A stretch of 64,000 nt of DNA from Patescibacteria group bacterium (GTDB lineage Bacteria > Patescibacteriota > Microgenomatia > UBA8517). Positions within the stretch are counted from its first letter, which is position 1; each line of letters opens with the position of its first letter. The notes under the pieces were generated by a model. It did not search any database, had not been told where the DNA came from, and was given only the letters and a program-made list of their open reading frames with translations. Below are positions 41,158 through 51,131 of this stretch, in pieces. A program made the translations under genes and the position numbers. Location of the stretch: positions 75,620 through 139,619 of the forward strand of contig DATFUL010000003.1 in the NCBI GenBank assembly GCA_035260845.1, read 5' to 3'.

Positions 41158-42882
41158 ATGAAAATTGCATTAAAAATTATAAAAAGACCTCTTTTTTGGA
41201 TATTTTTACTAACTTTATTTTTAAGGTTATATCGACTTGGGGAATTTCCATATGGATTCCACATAGACGAAGCCAAAATAGCCTGGAATTCTTTGTCGAT
41301 TCTAAAAACAGGTCATGACGATCATGGAAATCTATTTTCACTTTATTACAATTCTTTTGGTGACTACAGGCCTACAGGACTTTTTTATCTTACCATTCCT
41401 TCGATAGCTATTTTCGGGAGATCAATTTTTGCTACAAGACTCCCAGTTGCTCTTTTTGGAGCTTTAATGATATTTCCAATATATTTTCTAATTAATTTGC
41501 TAGATACAAACAAAGGAAAATCGACAACAAACGCTAAGGCCGGGCTTTTAGGGGCGCTCCTCATGGCGATATCTCCTTGGCAAATTGACTTGAGCAGGGC
41601 TACAAACGAAGTAGTTGTTTCTACTTTCTTCGCTCTGTTTTCTTTATTTTTCCTTATAAAATTGATTAAATCAAAAAAAGAAGTATTCGGAGTGTTGTCG
41701 GTAATAACTATTATTTTTAGCTATTTCTTTTATCATGCAATAAGATTTTTAGCTCCTCCAATTCTACTTATTACGTTTTTGTATTATATCAAGGAGATTA
41801 AAAGAAAAGAGGTAAAAAAATGGATCTACATTTGCCTTATCGTTGCGTTTGTTTTATCTATTTTCTTTAGTACAACAAAGGAAGGTTTGGCAAGGTTTAA
41901 TCAGGTTTCTATATTTAGCGGCGTTGACACAACTTATCAGATTGAAAGGATTAGGGGTGAAAATTCAAAGAGAAATTTATTGACCATATTTTTCGATAAC
42001 AAATATGTAATTTATCTTAAAACTTTTATGGATCAATATAGTAGTTATTTTGCCGGTGATTTTTTAATTGGCCCGTCAGGTAGGCCATACCGATTTGCAA
42101 CACCAGGTTCCGGACTTATTACTTACGTTGAAGCTATTCTCTTAATATCTGGTGGAATTATAATCGTAAAAGGCAAAAAGAACTTGCTACCGCTTTTTTT
42201 ACTATTAGTTACCCCTTTACCTGCAGCTATAACCACCGAGGATGTCCCAAACTTGAGTCGCGCATTTTTAATGCTCCCATTTTTAATTATTATTGAGGCT
42301 TATGGTTTTGAAGCAATTCTCCTGATCTCCAAAAAATACAAAAAACTCATTACAACTACTATTTTTTCGTTATTGACCCTGAATTTTATCTATTTCTCAT
42401 ATATGTATATGGTTCATTCGATAAATCACCGTCCATATCTGAAAAATTACTTTGTCGATAGCCCAACTTATCGAAACATGGGTGCCAAAGAGCTTTCACT
42501 TAAACTTGATACACTCAAACAAAAATATGATAAAGTAATTATCACAAATTTTCCCGACAACCTATATCCATGGTACGCTTTTTTCACCAACAAAAATCCG
42601 TCTGACTTTAATAAAACTTATAGCACCCAGACGATGGAACGAGATTACGAAAATATAATATTCTCACAAGAAAAGTGTCCATCTGATAACAATTTAATTA
42701 AGTATAACAAGCAAAATATTCTCATGGTAGATTCATGGGAATGTGAGTATCAAAGTCAGATTGATCAGGGTTTACCCCTTAAGGTTGTAGGAAGAATCAC
42801 TAGACCCGATGGTACTGAAGCTTATATCTTACTCGAAAGAGACAGGTCAAAGCCTTTATTTCTTAATGGAGTTTATTATTAA
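41158..42882 (+). CDS. GT-C ArnT/PMT-like membrane glycosyltransferase, family A paralog 8. The ATG at 41158 is preferred over the TTG at 41122.
   Basis: FHIDEAKIAWNSLSILKTGHDDHGNLFS...FGDYRPTGLFYL. MKIALKIIKRPLFWIF is a typical N-terminus for this family. Confidence 0.7.
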   Translation: MKIALKIIKRPLFWIFLLTLFLRLYRLGEFPYGFHIDEAKIAWNSLSILKTGHDDHGNLFSLYYNSFGDYRPTGLFYLTIPSIAIFGRSIFATRLPVALFGALMIFPIYFLINLLDTNKGKSTTNAKAGLLGALLMAISPWQIDLSRATNEVVVSTFFALFSLFFLIKLIKSKKEVFGVLSVITIIFSYFFYHAIRFLAPPILLITFLYYIKEIKRKEVKKWIYICLIVAFVLSIFFSTTKEGLARFNQVSIFSGVDTTYQIERIRGENSKRNLLTIFFDNKYVIYLKTFMDQYSSYFAGDFLIGPSGRPYRFATPGSGLITYVEAILLISGGIIIVKGKKNLLPLFLLLVTPLPAAITTEDVPNLSRAFLMLPFLIIIEAYGFEAILLISKKYKKLITTTIFSLLTLNFIYFSYMYMVHSINHRPYLKNYFVDSPTYRNMGAKELSLKLDTLKQKYDKVIITNFPDNLYPWYAFFTNKNPSDFNKTYSTQTMERDYENIIFSQEKCPSDNNLIKYNKQNILMVDSWECEYQSQIDQGLPLKVVGRITRPDGTEAYILLERDRSKPLFLNGVYY

Positions 42883-42890
42883 TCCATTCC

Positions 42891-43793
42891 TTAACCATAT
42901 CTAGAAAATACTACTTCATCTGAGACTCTTGATTCCTTTATCTCCTTCTTTCGTTTTTGCATAACAATTCCAAACCTACTAAGCGCCATTATTACTACCT
43001 TAATATACCCGGGATTTTTTAATAACCTGGAAAATAGTCCTACTATATGTTTTCTTATTAAATTTGGACTTGTGACATTTTTCCAAAGCATTAAAAGTTG
43101 GTTTCTTTCTCTAACTCTTGCAATATATTGTTTGGTAAATTTATTTATTGTCAACTCATGGTGGTGTTCGACAATACCACCCGGTTCCCAAAGTAATTTA
43201 TAACCTCTTTTTGCTGCTCTATAACATAAATCAATATCCTCCCAATAAAATGGTGATAGAAGTTTCTCGTCCATTCCCCCAAGCTCAATCCAAACACTTT
43301 TTCTGAACACCCCACTTCCTCCATTGACATAAAAACTTGGATGATTTTTGTTTCCCTCTTCACCTGTTGCCAACTCTATAAATCCGTGAGCAAAGGTACC
43401 TTTTGCAGATCCAAAGCCTTTTTCATGGAGAGATACAGCAAAGACAGAGCTATCTTCAAAGTGTGGCAATACTTTTACCAAAAAATTTCTATCTGGGAAG
43501 ACGTCTGTATTTATAAGCAGTATGAGCTCGCCCTTGGCAGCTCTCACCCCAGTATTAACCGCCGCAGAAAAACCACGATTTGCAGTATGTTTGAAAAGTC
43601 TAACTTCGGGAAATTTAGTCTTAAGTAATGCAACACTTCCATCCCATGAACCATCATCAACTATAATTATTTCTAAAATATTGTTTGGGGAATAATTTTT
43701 TGCGTCGATAAGTTTGGGTAGATTATTCTCAAGCAATTTCTCTCCATTGAGGTTAGATATAACAACTGAGACTTTTAATTCTTTATTTTTCAT
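42891..43793 (-). CDS. GT2 glycosyltransferase
   Basis: LKVSVVISNLNGEKLL, IIVDDGSWDGS, NTDVFPD. Length 300 aa. Confidence 0.8.
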   Translation of the reverse strand: MKNKELKVSVVISNLNGEKLLENNLPKLIDAKNYSPNNILEIIIVDDGSWDGSVALLKTKFPEVRLFKHTANRGFSAAVNTGVRAAKGELILLINTDVFPDRNFLVKVLPHFEDSSVFAVSLHEKGFGSAKGTFAHGFIELATGEEGNKNHPSFYVNGGSGVFRKSVWIELGGMDEKLLSPFYWEDIDLCYRAAKRGYKLLWEPGGIVEHHHELTINKFTKQYIARVRERNQLLMLWKNVTSPNLIRKHIVGLFSRLLKNPGYIKVVIMALSRFGIVMQKRKKEIKESRVSDEVVFSRYG

Positions 43794-45342
43794 TTTTGAT
43801 TATTCTTTCTTGAACTACCAACTCACCAAAAGTCCTTTGATCATAAAACTTTGATATTGAATCCTGATCTCCCTTTGCATAATCGATGTAAAGACTAGGT
43901 ATCCCATTGGTGGGCTCAATTATAAAGAAGTGATGTGTTAGATTACTAGGTGCAAACTTTAAATTATTGCCAAGCTGACCAATTTGATCACGGCCAATCC
44001 AACTGGGTAAATATCCATATTTAGATTGACCATACCAGTTATATAAATAAGACCAAAGTGTGTTTACAAAAAGTGGGCTTGTTAGAGAACTTATACTAAA
44101 TGGTTCGTTCCCAGATCTCTGATAAGTATAGTCGACTAGGCTGGTTTCATTTCTTAAAATAAGATCAGGTTGTAGTGGAAAGATTGTCTGACCATTTTTA
44201 TTTTCTTTTAATATTGTAGACAAGTTTGCAAAAAGTACAATAATTAGCGCTATAGATAGTATAAATTTGTAATTGCTAAAATATTTCCAAATAAAAATTC
44301 CTGCAAAAATACAAATTGCCGGCGCCACCCCCACCAAGATATGCTTCATATTCCAACCTCCAAACGGAAGTGCTACTGAATAGGCAAAAATCCAAACTGT
44401 TAAAAAAGTTTCCCAAGTCAATATTTTGTTTTTAATTTCATTCAAATTCAAAAAGATTGAAGATATTATCATTGTAAAACCCAAAAGTCCTCCAAATACA
44501 ATGTTTTTTGGATAAAGTGAATATGCAAAAACTTTACCAGATTGATTAATTAAAGTAACAATATAGTCACTTAATGTTTTTGTTTGAACAATTCCGTCTT
44601 GTCCTGTAAGGAGATACAAAATTCCAGAAGTACCGGTTAAACCAAATTTAATCTCTGCTAAGATCATGCTCGAAATACCAATCATAAAACTTAATATGAA
44701 AATTATTAAATCTTTTTTAACTATTTTATCTTTAAAAACCAGAAGCCAAATAATGAGTGGAAAAATATGGTAAGAAAGCGCAACTTCACTTTGAATAGAA
44801 AGCCCTAGACCCAAACCCGCGATGATAGGCGCCCACTTGTTTGATTTTGTAATCCAAAGATATAGTCCAACATAAAAAACTGGAACAAACCAGACAGCCA
44901 TAGATGCATTTATTAAAAAGTTTGCATACTGGGTTGCTTCAAATGAAAATGCAAATATTAAAGAAGCGATGAGTGCAGGTATTTTATTTTTGGTAAGAAG
45001 TTTGGTTAGAAAAAAAACCACAAACACTCCCAAAGAACTAACAAAACTTAAAAAATAAGCAACCACAACAGGATTTCCGTGTCCAAATAAATAGGCAGGG
45101 GCTATAACATAATAATAAAGTACTCCATGGAAAAGTCCCGGAACTCCGCTCACAGGGGGGCCTAAGATTTTAAGGTTGCCACGCAGTAGGTCCTGAACCA
45201 CAAAAGCGTCGCGTGCTTGATCATATGCAAAAGAAATGGCCTTTTGAGGCAAATACCACCATCTTAAAATTAAAGCTGCAACAAAAAAAGCGATTAAAAA
45301 CCAATTAGAGTATTTTGTTAATATTCGATTCAAAGTTTTCAT
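43783..45342 (-). CDS. GT-C-like (PMT_2/ArnT-related) membrane glycosyltransferase, family B paralog 1
   Basis: TM1 then FAYDQARDAFVVQDLLRGNLKILGPPVSGVPGLFHGVLYYYVIAP. The motif is shared with 56930 and 59423. Confidence 0.65.
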   Translation of the reverse strand: MKTLNRILTKYSNWFLIAFFVAALILRWWYLPQKAISFAYDQARDAFVVQDLLRGNLKILGPPVSGVPGLFHGVLYYYVIAPAYLFGHGNPVVVAYFLSFVSSLGVFVVFFLTKLLTKNKIPALIASLIFAFSFEATQYANFLINASMAVWFVPVFYVGLYLWITKSNKWAPIIAGLGLGLSIQSEVALSYHIFPLIIWLLVFKDKIVKKDLIIFILSFMIGISSMILAEIKFGLTGTSGILYLLTGQDGIVQTKTLSDYIVTLINQSGKVFAYSLYPKNIVFGGLLGFTMIISSIFLNLNEIKNKILTWETFLTVWIFAYSVALPFGGWNMKHILVGVAPAICIFAGIFIWKYFSNYKFILSIALIIVLFANLSTILKENKNGQTIFPLQPDLILRNETSLVDYTYQRSGNEPFSISSLTSPLFVNTLWSYLYNWYGQSKYGYLPSWIGRDQIGQLGNNLKFAPSNLTHHFFIIEPTNGIPSLYIDYAKGDQDSISKFYDQRTFGELVVQERIIKNEK

Positions 45343-46330
45343 ATGAGAATTTTTTACTATCGTTAATTGCGGAAAATGATAACTTCCTTAAAAGACTTTT
45401 ATCTTTGATTAACTTATTAGTTATTTCGATAAGTTTTTGTTCAACATCCCATAAATATCCATTTTTATTGTTTTGAATTATCTCTGTATGTCCACCAGCA
45501 TTATAAATAATAGGCACAGCGCCGGCCGCCATTGCTTCGACAACATTTATACCAAAATGCTCGACCTTGGTCGGATTTTTTACTGGATCTTCTCCAAAAC
45601 CAGATGCAGACCAAAATATTCTCGATTTTCCATACAAATCTTTCAAATCTTTAAAACTTGGGCTTGTAATTAATTCAACCGGATATCCTTCCGCCATGTC
45701 CTTAAGTTCATTGAAATATTCATCCACGCCTACCTCCGTGCCGCCTGCTAGAATCAGCTTCCAATCCTTAAGTCCAGAGTCTGTCAATTTTTTAAAATTA
45801 TCTACTAATACATCCTGCCGTTTACTCTGTGTTAAATGTGAGAATCTACCAACATATAAAATAATATTTTCTTTTCGTTTTGGTTTGATTGCCAAAGTAT
45901 CCACTGGGGGATAGACAACAATGCTGTCAACTCCATATTCTGAGTCAATAAATTTTTTAGTAAATTCAGAGTTTACAATTATATTCTCGATACGATAAAG
46001 CTTCATCTTATTTAGAAGAGATCTACCATTAACATTTTGGAATGGAAATTGGAAATGAAGAATATTTTTTCGAGACTTAAGAGTAGGAATACTACCATCG
46101 CTTACCCAAAAACAAAGATCGTAACCATCTCCCCTATTAACATCATTGCGAACACGAACACCAGCTAAATCAAGGCCAAATCTATCCTCTAATTTTTTTA
46201 TTATTTCTGGCGATTTCCACTCCAAATCAACCTCGTAACCAAGGCTTACCAAAACTTTAGCAAAAGAAAGAGTGTATCTTTCTCCTCCACCCAACGTGTC
46301 TAGATATGGATTATGAATTGCTGCCCTCAT
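45305..46330 (-). CDS. GT4 (GT-B fold) glycosyltransferase
   Basis: EHFGINVVEAMAAGAVPIIYNAGGHTEII C-terminal motif. Confidence 0.8.
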   Translation of the reverse strand: MRAAIHNPYLDTLGGGERYTLSFAKVLVSLGYEVDLEWKSPEIIKKLEDRFGLDLAGVRVRNDVNRGDGYDLCFWVSDGSIPTLKSRKNILHFQFPFQNVNGRSLLNKMKLYRIENIIVNSEFTKKFIDSEYGVDSIVVYPPVDTLAIKPKRKENIILYVGRFSHLTQSKRQDVLVDNFKKLTDSGLKDWKLILAGGTEVGVDEYFNELKDMAEGYPVELITSPSFKDLKDLYGKSRIFWSASGFGEDPVKNPTKVEHFGINVVEAMAAGAVPIIYNAGGHTEIIQNNKNGYLWDVEQKLIEITNKLIKDKSLLRKLSFSAINDSKKFSYENFESNINKIL

Positions 46331-47051
46331 TTTTAATTTGCATCTCCCAGAGTTTTGAATATGAAATAAGCCTACTAAAAACTTGGTAGAGTCCGTAAAT
46401 AGTACCTTTTACTCCATCTAGGAATGCCGCCTGAACAACCATCCGTAGCCAAAACTCACGAAATCCGGCAGAAGCAAATCTAAAAAAATTCATGGGTGGA
46501 TGGTGAGCTTTGAACATTAGTTCCGCTTCAATCTCAGACCATTTGTTAGTTTTGTCTACCATATCAGCTATATTATCATGCTTTTGATGTATTAAAGCTT
46601 CCTTCAGGTACCCAATTTTACCAGTAATTTTGGGCTGTTCATGAAGTTTGCCTTCCCAGCCAGAAAATTTTTGTTTATTAATAAGCCTAAGAACATAATC
46701 AGGCCACAACCCACAATGGCGCATTTCTTGACCAAGTACAATATTTTTTCTGGGAATTGCATAAGCTGAATAATTATCTGTCGCAATCACTCTAGAAATT
46801 GATTCTTGAAGTTCTGGTGTTACAATTTCGTCAGTATCCACATAAAGAATCCACTTATTTTTGGCTTTCTTAGCACCTAAATTTCTGAAATCTGAAAAAC
46901 TGCCTTTTAATTTATCTGCTTCTAGTTTAATTATTTCGTCTGCAAAAGAAACTGACTGGAGAGACTTCCTGAACACTTCTTTATCGTACTTTCCACCCTG
47001 TAAGATAATTACTGAAATACTTGGAGTGTTTTTAGTCATATCAAATACCAA
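46311..47051 (-). CDS. GT2 glycosyltransferase, WaaE/KdtX-like
   Basis: ISVIILQGG, DTDEIVT, WPDYVLRLINK. Confidence 0.7.
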   Translation of the reverse strand: MVFDMTKNTPSISVIILQGGKYDKEVFRKSLQSVSFADEIIKLEADKLKGSFSDFRNLGAKKAKNKWILYVDTDEIVTPELQESISRVIATDNYSAYAIPRKNIVLGQEMRHCGLWPDYVLRLINKQKFSGWEGKLHEQPKITGKIGYLKEALIHQKHDNIADMVDKTNKWSEIEAELMFKAHHPPMNFFRFASAGFREFWLRMVVQAAFLDGVKGTIYGLYQVFSRLISYSKLWEMQIKNEGSNS

Positions 47052-47053
47052 TT

Positions 47054-47953
47054 CTAAATCCGAAGCTTCCTTTTTAGCCTTGCAGTTAAACTGCCTGTTT
47101 GTTTATATAAAGCATTATTCTGCCAAAAATGTAGATCCTTTTCTTTTAATCTCATTTCAGAAATTATGTCTGATAAATTTATTTCTTCGTCTCTGAATTT
47201 TTCTGCCTGCCAAATCTTTAAATAAAGTACAAGTTCTGAAAAGCCTTGAAGAATAGAAACTGACAATCCGTGAACACCATCTTTATATCCTTCACCAAAA
47301 AAATATCTACTAAAAAACTCTTCGGCCGGTTTGCTTATTAAATCCTTCCATGAAAATTTATAGTTTTCAGATAACTTCATTTTTGATTGCTGTGAAGTAT
47401 ATCTATTCATTCGATCAATGTACTGATCGATAGAATCATAATGATGATGAATTATTGCAAATTCTTCCTTAACATCCATATCGTAGCCATCTCCTTGAGT
47501 AACTGGAACAGAGTGGATAACTTCATTCCATGAAACGGTACCTTTTTTAAAGAGGCGAATATTATAATCAGGCCACCACCTTGAATGTTTTAGCCACTTT
47601 CCAAAAATGATATTTTTCCGAGGAATTCTATAATATCCAAGTTTATTTTCATGGACTATTTTTCTTATTTTTTTCTTAAGAATCGGCGGAATTTCTTCAT
47701 CTGGGTCTAAAACCAAAATCCACTCTCCAGTTGCTTTCGAAATCCCAAAATTTCTAAGAGGTTCAACATAAGCAGAATAACTATGAGGGAAAACTTTTGC
47801 TCCAAACTTTTTAGCAATCTCACGTGAATTGTCGGTAGACTCTGTGTCTATAACTACAATCTCATCAACTAAATCTTTAATAGAGTTTAATAATCTGGGA
47901 AGAACTTTGGCCTCATTATAGGTATTAATTACAACTGAAAGCTTCGCTGCCAT
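47054..47953 (-). CDS. GT2 glycosyltransferase, WaaE/KdtX-like
   Basis: LSVVINTYNEAKVL, VVIDTESTDNS, DPDEEIP, WPDYNIRLFKK. Confidence 0.75.
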   Translation of the reverse strand: MAAKLSVVINTYNEAKVLPRLLNSIKDLVDEIVVIDTESTDNSREIAKKFGAKVFPHSYSAYVEPLRNFGISKATGEWILVLDPDEEIPPILKKKIRKIVHENKLGYYRIPRKNIIFGKWLKHSRWWPDYNIRLFKKGTVSWNEVIHSVPVTQGDGYDMDVKEEFAIIHHHYDSIDQYIDRMNRYTSQQSKMKLSENYKFSWKDLISKPAEEFFSRYFFGEGYKDGVHGLSVSILQGFSELVLYLKIWQAEKFRDEEINLSDIISEMRLKEKDLHFWQNNALYKQTGSLTARLKRKLRI

Positions 47954-47980
47954 GCCTAAATTGTACCACCAATCTTCCTA

Positions 47981-49678
47981 TTATTCGACTCTATAAATTA
48001 TGACCAAGTCATTCTCAAATATATTTGCTAAAGATAGTTTGCCCAAATCCAAAGGTGATTTACTCGCTTTAATCCAATAAATATATTTAATATCGTTTTT
48101 GACCAAAAATTGCCTAGATTTACCAGTATCAAGTTCTTGATACCAAGACGCTATTTGAGATCTTCTATCTTGCCAGTCGTAACCTGTTATATCTAAATTT
48201 ATTTCATCCTCTAAGAATGTTGGTTGCTTGGAGAAGGCCGAAACATATGCTGTTGATGTATATAGATAAAGTGGTCTTGGCGGATTGTTTTCAGCCATTT
48301 TTGCCAAAAATGAATCAAAAGGCTTTGTCAAAACTATCCCCTGCGGCTGCTTTGATAGAAAGTTTAAAGCCGAAAGCTCGGACTCTGAAACCATTGCCGG
48401 TGGACGGTTAGGTATATATACATCTTTTAAAGTAATTAATGTTGTAGGAATTGTAGCTAAAACAATTAAAGAAATGAGAAGTTTACTTTTTATTTGCGAG
48501 ACAACAGTTCCTGCTAAAATTGATGAGAAAAATAAAGAGTAATAAAAAAATTGGATTGTATTCCAGGGTGAACCTTTTTGTAAAAATAGCATTGGAATTA
48601 CCCCACCTGCAACAATGAATGATCCAATAAAAACTTGCGTCCAAGACAATCTTTTTATGTTTTTAAGCCAGGTAAGAAGCGTAAATTCTTTTAAAATTCT
48701 AGTTCCCATGTTTCCTAACCAAAATATTGCAAAGGCGACTAAATATGCCAGAGTACCTTTAAAGTAATTGTGTGCTAATTTGTAATTGATCATTGCAGAA
48801 TAGAACCTGGGCCAATCCAGACGGTCGGAAAGCCCCATCAATGTCTCTAAAAACCAAAATGGTTGGAAAACAAAAAGACTAACTGAATGGCTATTAAATG
48901 GTAAATAAACAATCAAAGAAAGAATTAAAGATCCCATAAAAATTTTTAGAAGTAGACTCTTTTTATAAAGGATGAATGAATATAATCCCGAAACAAGCAG
49001 TCCACCAAGGGCCAACACTCCCGCATAGGCTTTGATTTCTATTAGGCTACCGAAAAATAAAATCGATAATACGAAGTTCCAAATTTTAAATTTTTCCTCA
49101 AGGCTAAAGATAAGAATAAGTCCAAATAGGAGAAATATTAGAGATAGTGCAAAGGGTGGATTAATGAGAGATGAAACTGCTTGTTGTGCCCAAAACGCAG
49201 ACTCTCCTTTCCCTAAAATCCAACCAAAACTCCCTCCGAAATATACAAAGAATGTTGCCCAAAAAGCTGATTTTTTTGAATTGATAAATAAATCCGTAAA
49301 TTTGTAAGTTAATAGTCCAATCAATATTGAAAAAATTACGGGAAGAATTTGAAAATATAAATTTATAATCGGAATGAAAGTAATTTTGTGTAGTATTGCT
49401 AGAATTAAATCAAAACCAATGTGGTAGTTTTGAATTATGGATCCGGCAAAGATTGGTATCGAGAAAGACCCTTGAGACAAACTTTCGGCAAGAGCAATAT
49501 GCCAAATTCCATCATGACCATTAGCACCCCAAAACCCAAGTCCGGATCCATTGATTCCTAATGAAGAATAAAACCACCCACTTTTGACCATCGTTAAACT
49601 CCAACTTATTGTCCCAAATAAAGTAAGTATAAAGAGTTTATTTTTTTGAAAAAATTGTTTTAAAACTTGTTTTAGCAT
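47981..49678 (-). CDS. Uncharacterised polytopic membrane protein of 565 aa (candidate polymerase/GT-C-like)
   Basis: At least 12 TM and a C-terminal soluble domain. It overlaps the wzx-like gene by 41 nt. Confidence 0.5.
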   Translation of the reverse strand: MLKQVLKQFFQKNKLFILTLFGTISWSLTMVKSGWFYSSLGINGSGLGFWGANGHDGIWHIALAESLSQGSFSIPIFAGSIIQNYHIGFDLILAILHKITFIPIINLYFQILPVIFSILIGLLTYKFTDLFINSKKSAFWATFFVYFGGSFGWILGKGESAFWAQQAVSSLINPPFALSLIFLLFGLILIFSLEEKFKIWNFVLSILFFGSLIEIKAYAGVLALGGLLVSGLYSFILYKKSLLLKIFMGSLILSLIVYLPFNSHSVSLFVFQPFWFLETLMGLSDRLDWPRFYSAMINYKLAHNYFKGTLAYLVAFAIFWLGNMGTRILKEFTLLTWLKNIKRLSWTQVFIGSFIVAGGVIPMLFLQKGSPWNTIQFFYYSLFFSSILAGTVVSQIKSKLLISLIVLATIPTTLITLKDVYIPNRPPAMVSESELSALNFLSKQPQGIVLTKPFDSFLAKMAENNPPRPLYLYTSTAYVSAFSKQPTFLEDEINLDITGYDWQDRRSQIASWYQELDTGKSRQFLVKNDIKYIYWIKASKSPLDLGKLSLANIFENDLVIIYRVE

Positions 49679-51131
49679 CTTCTACTAAACTTAGTCCAAC
49701 CATCGTGACCATTGATACAAGATAAACTATAAAGCCAAGAGATACCAAAACCTCCATTGCAAATAGGTTAGTTGGCAAAAATCTACGAGCTACAATAAGA
49801 ACTGTTCCCATAACAAAGGATCCAATTAGCGGCTTTAGCATCGAATCAGTTATAGAAAAATTAACATATTTTTTGGCAATTATAATAGCTGCTACCGATG
49901 ACGCCCCGACCAAAGAATATCCGATTGAAGCACCAACAACTCCATATTTTATTGCCAATGTTGGAACAAATGCCCAAGTTAAAACCGTCCACATTATCAT
50001 CAAATAAAAAGTAATTTTTATTTTACCAATCGCGTTTAATAGATTTGTTAATTGAGTTGTAGCTGCTGCAAAGATAAAGTTTATAGACACAAAGATAATA
50101 GGGACAAGAGCGGGAATCCATTGGTTATATTTAGGAACGATACGAACCAAAATTGGAGCCAAAATAGAAATACCTACCAAACTAGGAAATACTAATAAAC
50201 ATATAAAAAATATTGACCTTGTAACACTCCGTTCCAAATCCTCTTTTGCATCCTGCATTCTTGAAAAAGCCGGGAAAGTAACACGGGTAACGGTATCCAT
50301 GAAAAACGTTAATGGTAACCGGGAAATTTTTTGGGCAAAAGATAATACCCCGACTCCAATCGGACCAAGGATACTACCCAAAATCAAAGTCATTCCATCA
50401 TCTTTAAAAGTAGCTAGAAATGTATTTATTTGATAAGGCACGCCAAATTTGAAAAGCCCAATTAGAGTGTTTTTAGAAAAAGCGAAGCCGGGTTTCCAAG
50501 GTTCCAAAATATAGATTGTAACAAGACCGACAATTCCCCGGGCAAGTATTGCATAGGTAAAACTGCCAAGACCAAGTCCTTTCATTGCCAAAAAGACCAA
50601 GATTACGTTATAAACAACTTGTTCTAAAATTTGGGGAAAAACCAGTTTAATAAAATCGAGTTTCCTTTCTAAAAGAACTGATGGAATACTTTTTAGGGAT
50701 GAAAACAAAAGCGATGAGGCAAGTGCGTATAAAAGTATTTGTCCATCATGGGTCAGCGAATATTTTTGCGTAAAGAAGGGAGTTAAAGCTATAACAATCC
50801 CAATAATTACTAATACTAAAAACTGTTGAACGAAGAAAGTCGTTTTAAGATCGGAGTCGGTTGGTTTTTCTTTTTTCTGAATTAAAGCAGCGGCTAGACC
50901 AATGTCGGAAAAATAAACTAAAAAGTTAACTAAAGCGCTAACTATTGCAAAAACACCAAATTCATATTTGCCTAAATAAGCAAATAAAAAGAGCTGTGCA
51001 ACTAAGCCAATTATTTGAAGAAGAAATGTTCTTCCTGTTAAAACAACGACGCCGCGAACAGAACGTTCTTTTACAGTTTCTAACGATATTTCTGTAGTTG
51101 GGTCTAAGTGTTCTTGGCTTACTTCATTCAC
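49638..51131 (-). CDS. wzx: Wzx-type oligosaccharide flippase (MOP superfamily polysaccharide biosynthesis protein)
   Basis: About 14 TM. N-terminal GRTFLLQIIGLVAQLFLFAYLGKYEFGVFAIVSALVNFLVYFSDIGLAAALIQKKE is the typical Wzx/PST-family start. Confidence 0.75.
   Translation of the reverse strand: MNEVSQEHLDPTTEISLETVKERSVRGVVVLTGRTFLLQIIGLVAQLFLFAYLGKYEFGVFAIVSALVNFLVYFSDIGLAAALIQKKEKPTDSDLKTTFFVQQFLVLVIIGIVIALTPFFTQKYSLTHDGQILLYALASSLLFSSLKSIPSVLLERKLDFIKLVFPQILEQVVYNVILVFLAMKGLGLGSFTYAILARGIVGLVTIYILEPWKPGFAFSKNTLIGLFKFGVPYQINTFLATFKDDGMTLILGSILGPIGVGVLSFAQKISRLPLTFFMDTVTRVTFPAFSRMQDAKEDLERSVTRSIFFICLLVFPSLVGISILAPILVRIVPKYNQWIPALVPIIFVSINFIFAAATTQLTNLLNAIGKIKITFYLMIMWTVLTWAFVPTLAIKYGVVGASIGYSLVGASSVAAIIIAKKYVNFSITDSMLKPLIGSFVMGTVLIVARRFLPTNLFAMEVLVSLGFIVYLVSMVTMVGLSLVEDAKTSFKTIFSKK

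Noticed and set aside
41064-41276. 70-aa minus ORF at the junction of two family A genes
   Set aside because: It spans the stop/start junction of 39445..41121 and 41158..42882 on the opposite strand and has no features.
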